The notes under the pieces are model-generated. The model worked only from the letters and a program-made list of their open reading frames with translations. It had not been told where the DNA came from and made no database searches. Position numbers and translations under genes: made by a program. DNA of 64,000 nucleotides from a virus (taxonomy: Duplodnaviria > Caudoviricetes). The first letter of the stretch is position 1; each line of letters opens with the position of its first letter. Of the stretch, positions 59,283 to 64,000 are shown piece after piece. The stretch is from IMG/VR virus record IMGVR_UViG_3300028591_005215, positions 215,750 to 279,749 of that record; one strand, 5' to 3'.

Positions 59283-60248
59283 ATGTCGAATAATATAAAA
59301 TGGGTATCTAAAGTAAATCAAGATTGGGTTCATGTAATTCCATCTGGCAACACATATGACAATTCACCAAGAATTACTGTTGATAATAATGTTAAAGGAG
59401 AAGCAATTATAACTTTTACACAATTGGATAGTGGATATGAATCAGTTGTTAAAATCGTAGCTGATACAAGACCAAAATATTCTTATAGGGAATTAGATTG
59501 GGCTGAGTATATCACAGGTGAAGGATATGTTAAAAGGGGAAAAAGTAAAACTATAAATGTATCAAATGGTGAAACATATAATAATGGGTTTGGCTTTTTT
59601 GACGAAAATGACAATATAGAGGAAGGTGGAAACGCTATAAATGGTGTAGACTATAAGATAATAAGTGGCGATGATTGGTTTAATACTGAATGGATAAAAA
59701 CATATAATGACAGAGTTCCGTTAGGGTATATAGAAATTTCAATACCATTCGGTATAGACATTACTAATAAGACAGCAGTATTGCAAGTTTACGGTAGGTC
59801 ATATAATGATGAGTATTATTCAAGCGAATCTTTAACATTAGTAATTGAAGGGCCAAAAAATGGCGATTATACACCTTATGATGACTTTAGCGTGATGATT
59901 GAATTAATTAATTCACCATCTATACCAAAATCAGCTATTTTTATAACTGAAACTGATGTTAAACGAACTGAGGTACAAAGTAATTATGTAGGCTTGCCAA
60001 GTGTATCAATGCAATATGATGATACTAAAGATGCGGTTATATCCTATTATAGAATTGATACTATTAATGGTGAATACATATATAGCAAAAATGGAAAAAC
60101 TACTAAGCCTGGCAGGAGATATAAGATATGGGCTTTGTTTTATGGCTTATCGCTTGCATATGTTGGTGATTTTATAATGCCTAAAGATGAATCAACGATA
60201 GAATTTGATTGTACAAACGTTGATTTTACAAATGGTGGACACAGGTAA
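59283..60248 (+). CDS. BACON-like domain protein, paralogue
   Basis: KWVSKV..WVHVIPS..ITVD..ITFTQ. Confidence 0.55.
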   Translation: MSNNIKWVSKVNQDWVHVIPSGNTYDNSPRITVDNNVKGEAIITFTQLDSGYESVVKIVADTRPKYSYRELDWAEYITGEGYVKRGKSKTINVSNGETYNNGFGFFDENDNIEEGGNAINGVDYKIISGDDWFNTEWIKTYNDRVPLGYIEISIPFGIDITNKTAVLQVYGRSYNDEYYSSESLTLVIEGPKNGDYTPYDDFSVMIELINSPSIPKSAIFITETDVKRTEVQSNYVGLPSVSMQYDDTKDAVISYYRIDTINGEYIYSKNGKTTKPGRRYKIWALFYGLSLAYVGDFIMPKDESTIEFDCTNVDFTNGGHR

Positions 60249-60255
60249 TTAAATA

Positions 60256-60289
60256 AATCCTACGAGAAGTTAAAAAATCTCGTAGGATT
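60256..60289 (+). terminator. Hairpin/terminator
   Basis: aatcctacgaga..tctcgtaggatt. Confidence 0.6.
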
Positions 60290-60347
60290 AATTGTTTTTA
60301 ACAAAAATTATTTGTATATTTGCAAAGAAACAATTATAAGCTAAATA

Positions 60348-61205
60348 ATGAAAAAAGAATATAAAGATATACCTAATATGTTTGTCGTTAAAGGTGAACC
60401 GAAAGAAGTAACTGAAATAAGGGCAAAGATATTAAATAAATTTAAAGATTTAGTATTCGAGGAAGAACCACACATTTATTATTTAAAAGATGATAAAAGT
60501 CATAAATTTAAGTCAGTAACAACTAAATTAGGACAGTTTGAATCTGAATTTAATGCAGATGCTACTGCTGAAAGGTATGCTAAAAAAAATGGTGAAACAA
60601 AAGAATATTGGCTTGACCAATGGAAGTTTAAAAATCTTGTGGCGACTACAACAGGTAGTATGGTTCACGAATATGGCGAATCATTAGGCAATATGCTTAA
60701 TGGAAACTTAGAAGGAATTACAACTGCTAATCTACCTAAGTTTATTAAAGACAAAAAATGGCTAATACCTACGAGACCTAAAGAAGAAGCTATATTAAAG
60801 TTTTATAAAGAATTAAACCCAAATTTACATTTTGTACTTGCTGAAGCCAAGATGTATACTGAAGGGCTAAAGGAAAATTTAGCAGGTACTGCTGATATTC
60901 TTTTCTATTATAAAGACCCTAAAAATGACTCAAAAAGTGGGTTATGCATATTTGATTATAAAACAAACCAAGAAATAAGAAAAAGTTATTCAAGGGAAAA
61001 CGGTAAAATGTTATTAGAACCATTTTCTGATTATTGGGAAGAACCTAAATCAATTTATACGCTACAGTTATCTACTTATGCAATACCTTTGCAAGATTTA
61101 GGTTTTAAAATTATTGCAAGAAGATTGGTTTGGTTGAAAGATGACAGTACATATGAGCTTATTCCGCTTAATGACGAATCTGAAAGATTAAGAAAAGTTT
61201 TATAA
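60348..61205 (+). CDS. PD-(D/E)xK exonuclease (Cas4/RecB-like)
   Basis: SVTT, GSMVH, AE, AGTADILF, DYKTN, QLSTYA. Confidence 0.8.
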   Translation: MKKEYKDIPNMFVVKGEPKEVTEIRAKILNKFKDLVFEEEPHIYYLKDDKSHKFKSVTTKLGQFESEFNADATAERYAKKNGETKEYWLDQWKFKNLVATTTGSMVHEYGESLGNMLNGNLEGITTANLPKFIKDKKWLIPTRPKEEAILKFYKELNPNLHFVLAEAKMYTEGLKENLAGTADILFYYKDPKNDSKSGLCIFDYKTNQEIRKSYSRENGKMLLEPFSDYWEEPKSIYTLQLSTYAIPLQDLGFKIIARRLVWLKDDSTYELIPLNDESERLRKVL

Positions 61206-61234
61206 TTAAAATAATACTATTAAATAATAAATAA

Positions 61235-61456
61235 ATGGTAGAACATGTTTTTAAAAAAGAATATAAATGTGAATTAGGCTCTCTTAAGGAAGGTACTTCC
61301 ATTAGGGTAATGACTTATAATGGTAAACCTGTCGTATATTATGAAGGTGGAATGGTAAATGGTGGCTATGCTGATATTTTATTAAAAATCATTAAAGACA
61401 GCAAACTGCATAATGAGTATCTTTCTGATAGGGAAGTTATTAAGAATAAAGTTTAA
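61235..61456 (+). CDS. Hypothetical protein
   Basis: 73-aa ORF. Confidence 0.55.
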   Translation: MVEHVFKKEYKCELGSLKEGTSIRVMTYNGKPVVYYEGGMVNGGYADILLKIIKDSKLHNEYLSDREVIKNKV

Positions 61457-62163
61457 TGGAAAATAAAGTAGAAACATTCAAAGAAACTTTGCCAATAAAA
61501 GCTAAACCTATGCAATATAATGTGTATTTTATTGCTGATATGCACATCCATCATAAAAATATTTTATTTCACCAACCTAATAGAGTATCAAAACTTAATC
61601 TTAAAGGTGGTGACGACATTAAAGGAATGGATGAATACATATATGATATGTGGGATAAAACAGTTAAACGTGGAGACCATGTTTATTTATTAGGTGACGT
61701 TTTTCTTGGCAATAAAGTTGATGCTTGGAAGTGTGTGCAAAAATTGAAAAAGAAAGGTGCTAATATACATCTTATAGTTGGTAATCACGATAAATATATT
61801 CCTCAATTTTATAACCAATTTGCAAGCATTGATTATGTAAAAAAAGTAACGTTTAAAAAAAATTCATTCCCTTTTTTGGATGAAGATTTTAAAACTTGCT
61901 TATGTCACTACCCAATGATATCATGGCCAGATAAATGTAGGGGTGCAGCCTTAATATATGGTCACGTGCATTCGGATTATCCTTTTCTTGATAAAGAGAC
62001 TGATGATTTAATGGTTAACGCAGGTTTTGATGCGCCTTTAGCAGACTGTAAGCTAATACCTTTGGAAAAGGTTTGGGCTTATTTCAAAGAAAAAAGAGGT
62101 GACTTAACTGCTGAAGAATATGTTAAAAAAATAAGAAAAGAAAATCCTAAATTTGTTGGCTAA
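61456..62163 (+). CDS. Calcineurin-like metallophosphoesterase
   Basis: ADMH, LGDV, GNHD, CHYP, GHVH. Confidence 0.85.
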   Translation: MENKVETFKETLPIKAKPMQYNVYFIADMHIHHKNILFHQPNRVSKLNLKGGDDIKGMDEYIYDMWDKTVKRGDHVYLLGDVFLGNKVDAWKCVQKLKKKGANIHLIVGNHDKYIPQFYNQFASIDYVKKVTFKKNSFPFLDEDFKTCLCHYPMISWPDKCRGAALIYGHVHSDYPFLDKETDDLMVNAGFDAPLADCKLIPLEKVWAYFKEKRGDLTAEEYVKKIRKENPKFVG

Positions 62164-62225
62164 GTGACAAATTGTCAGTATGACATACTGACATCATAAT
62201 AAGTTAGAAAAAAATAATTTAAACA

Positions 62226-62669
62226 ATGAAGACTAAATTTTATGATTTGTATGCAGATGGCATTGACGCTAATGGTGTCAAGCATACAGTGACTGTTGTT
62301 GGTAAGTTTACGCAGGAAACAATTAAGAAAGTATGTGAAGTAGAAATTCCTGTTGAAGTTAAGCCAAATACTTATACTAATGGTACTTTAAAATTTAATA
62401 AAAAGAGATTGCATAGGACGTTGACAATAGGTGTTTCTATTTGTAACCCTGAAGATGAATTTTCACGTGAAGAAGGTATACGTATTGCCAAGAAGCGTAT
62501 TGAAAATGGTGAAGATGCAGGTACTATTGAAACAAATGATGTGACAATGTTAACTGAAGATTTGATTATGGCAGAACTTTTGGGTAAACTATCTTACGTT
62601 ACAAATCATATTGATAATTACATTCAGCCTAAAGAAAAGTATATACCTGATTTTGATAGGTTTGCGTAA
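62226..62669 (+). CDS. Hypothetical phage protein
   Basis: GVSICNPEDEFSREEGIRIA, a pattern common in small phage proteins. Confidence 0.6.
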   Translation: MKTKFYDLYADGIDANGVKHTVTVVGKFTQETIKKVCEVEIPVEVKPNTYTNGTLKFNKKRLHRTLTIGVSICNPEDEFSREEGIRIAKKRIENGEDAGTIETNDVTMLTEDLIMAELLGKLSYVTNHIDNYIQPKEKYIPDFDRFA

Positions 62670-62721
62670 AAAAAATGGGTAATGATATACTTGTTGACTA
62701 AAAATAATGGATAAATAAGGT

Positions 62722-63051
62722 ATGAACATCACGGAAGAAACAACAGATTTTGGTATAGTACACTATTACAATAATGATTTCTGTAGATTTGCTCTATATG
62801 CTTATAATGATGATAAGAATACTATGTATCTATCAAATGTAAAGGTAGAGCAATCAGCAAGAGGTCGTGGACTTGGCAACAAAATACTTGAACTTGCCGA
62901 TAAAGAAGCCAAGAAGTATAATTATACTGTAATATGTCTGAAGGCGCTAAAATCATCTTGGGTGCACGATTGGTATACTAATCATGGATATAGTGATTTC
63001 TGTTACGATGATGAAGATGCTGATTACGTATGGATGAAGCATACTTTATAA
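62722..63051 (+). CDS. GNAT-family acetyltransferase
   Basis: LSNVKV..ARGRGLGNKIL acetyl-CoA motif, WY..HGY. Confidence 0.8.
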   Translation: MNITEETTDFGIVHYYNNDFCRFALYAYNDDKNTMYLSNVKVEQSARGRGLGNKILELADKEAKKYNYTVICLKALKSSWVHDWYTNHGYSDFCYDDEDADYVWMKHTL

Positions 63052-63173
63052 TGAATAAATTAAAGGTATAGGCAACAGGTATATAGTTACTTAATAAAAA
63101 ATATTAATATTATTTAACGAGAGCTCTATTTGGGTTCTCGTTTTTTTATGATATATTTGCAAAAAATGAATTT

Positions 63174-63479
63174 ATGAGTGATGTAAATATTGAAAAATAT
63201 ATTGGCAGATACAAATGGAAAAATACAACAAAGGCATTGGATGATGCTTGGATAACCATTTTAACAATTAATAAAAATGGAATATGTACATATAGGCTAA
63301 CTAATGTGAATAAGGGTAAAACTGAAATTACGGTTGTAGAACCTAAAATTTTTCATTTTAATGATGGTACATCAGTAATAAGATTTTTAGGCGGTGACTT
63401 TACCATCCCTTTCACCACGCAAAATGGTGAAGTATACGAAAGGTGGACTAAACTTAAAAATGAGATGAATTTTATATAG
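63174..63479 (+). CDS. Hypothetical protein
   Basis: After a terminator and TTTG..TATATTTG promoter (63129-63159). Confidence 0.55.
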   Translation: MSDVNIEKYIGRYKWKNTTKALDDAWITILTINKNGICTYRLTNVNKGKTEITVVEPKIFHFNDGTSVIRFLGGDFTIPFTTQNGEVYERWTKLKNEMNFI

Positions 63480-63481
63480 TT

Positions 63482-63496
63482 TGGCACGGTATTTGC
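63482..63496 (+). promoter_or_regulatory. Sigma54 (-24/-12) consensus promoter
   Basis: TGGCACG-GTAT-TTGC, 50 nt upstream of the dnaK ATG. Confidence 0.7.
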
Positions 63497-63546
63497 TTAT
63501 ATAATTACATATTAATAAAAATTTTAAATAAACATATAATAAAGTA

Positions 63547-64000
63547 ATGAGTAAAACAATTGGTATTGACCTTGGAACTGGCAATTCTTGTGTGTCAGTT
63601 TTTGAAGGTGGTGAAGCGAATGTTATTGTAAACAGTGAAGGTAAGAGAACAACACCATCTATCGTTGGTTTTGTTAAAGATGGTGAGAGAAAAATTGGTG
63701 AAAGTGCTAAAAGACAAGCTGTAACCAACCCAAAGGGAACAGTTTATTCTATTAAACGTTTTATGGGTGAAAGTTATGACCAATGTAAAGAGGAAATTGA
63801 GCGTGTGCCATATGATGTGGTAAATGAAAATGGCTTCCCACGTGTATCAATTGAAAGTAAAAAGTATACACCTCAGGAAATCTCAGCTATGATTCTTCAG
63901 AAAATGAAGAAGACCGCAGAAGACTATCTTGGTCAAGAAGTTACTGATGCCGTTATCACAGTACCAGCTTACTTCTCAGATTCTCAGCGTCAGGCTACCA
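63547..64000 (+). CDS. dnaK: Hsp70 chaperone DnaK, 5' part (runs off the window end; absent from the ORF track)
   Basis: [63 protein letters not shown]. Confidence 0.95.
   Translation, partial: MSKTIGIDLGTGNSCVSVFEGGEANVIVNSEGKRTTPSIVGFVKDGERKIGESAKRQAVTNPKGTVYSIKRFMGESYDQCKEEIERVPYDVVNENGFPRVSIESKKYTPQEISAMILQKMKKTAEDYLGQEVTDAVITVPAYFSDSQRQAT

Noticed and set aside
51522-60248. Diversity-generating retroelement acting on fibre genes
   Set aside because: No reverse transcriptase and no template/variable repeat pair with adenine-specific differences in this window
60348-61205. Cas4 as part of a CRISPR-Cas system
   Set aside because: No Fe-S cysteine cluster pattern, no other cas genes and no array; a stand-alone phage exonuclease
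63387-63783. Minus-strand ORFs near the window end
   Set aside because: Antisense shadows of dnaK
1-64000. Stop-codon reassignment (TAG read as Gln, as in Lak phages)
   Set aside because: Long genes are intact in code 11, and several end in TAG immediately before the next gene or a terminator; the Gln tRNA anticodon is CUG, not CUA

Overview
AT-rich, densely coding segment of a large (jumbo-type) tailed phage genome, read in the standard genetic code. The host is most likely a Bacteroidota, judged from TAnnTTTG/TTTG promoters, a Bacteroidota-type ClpP and BACON-like domains. 0.2-22 kb: papain-like protease, gp25- and gp6-like baseplate wedge genes and six large probable virion proteins. 22-35 kb: Mre11-like nuclease, primase, RuvC-like resolvase, Rad50/SbcC and a sigma70 factor, interleaved with adhesin-like genes, short genes sharing an N-terminal 'LTExDL..L/IxE' leader, and a tnpB-only IS200/IS605 element. 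35-47 kb: more leader-bearing proteins, a possible holin/spanin pair, an orphan DNA methyltransferase, an Imm-like protein, a complete IS605 (tnpA+tnpB) and ClpP. 47.4-48.9 kb is the most unusual part, a non-coding RNA cluster. It holds a 230-nt tRNA-like RNA whose anticodon arm is replaced by a multi-hairpin domain, a ~120-nt structured RNA, tRNA-Leu(UAA) split by an 833-nt trnL-type group I intron, and tRNA-Gln(CUG). The intron has no homing endonuclease but carries structured inserts in P5, P6 and P8. The P8 insert mimics the 23S rRNA L11-binding domain (H43/H44) and keeps the 1072/1092/1099 triple covariation. 51-64 kb: YadA-repeat tail fibre with S74 chaperone, BACON-like proteins, PD-(D/E)xK nuclease, phosphoesterase, GNAT, and the 5' part of dnaK behind a consensus sigma54 promoter. 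All calls come from motif recognition and manual base pairing; no searches or folding programs were run.
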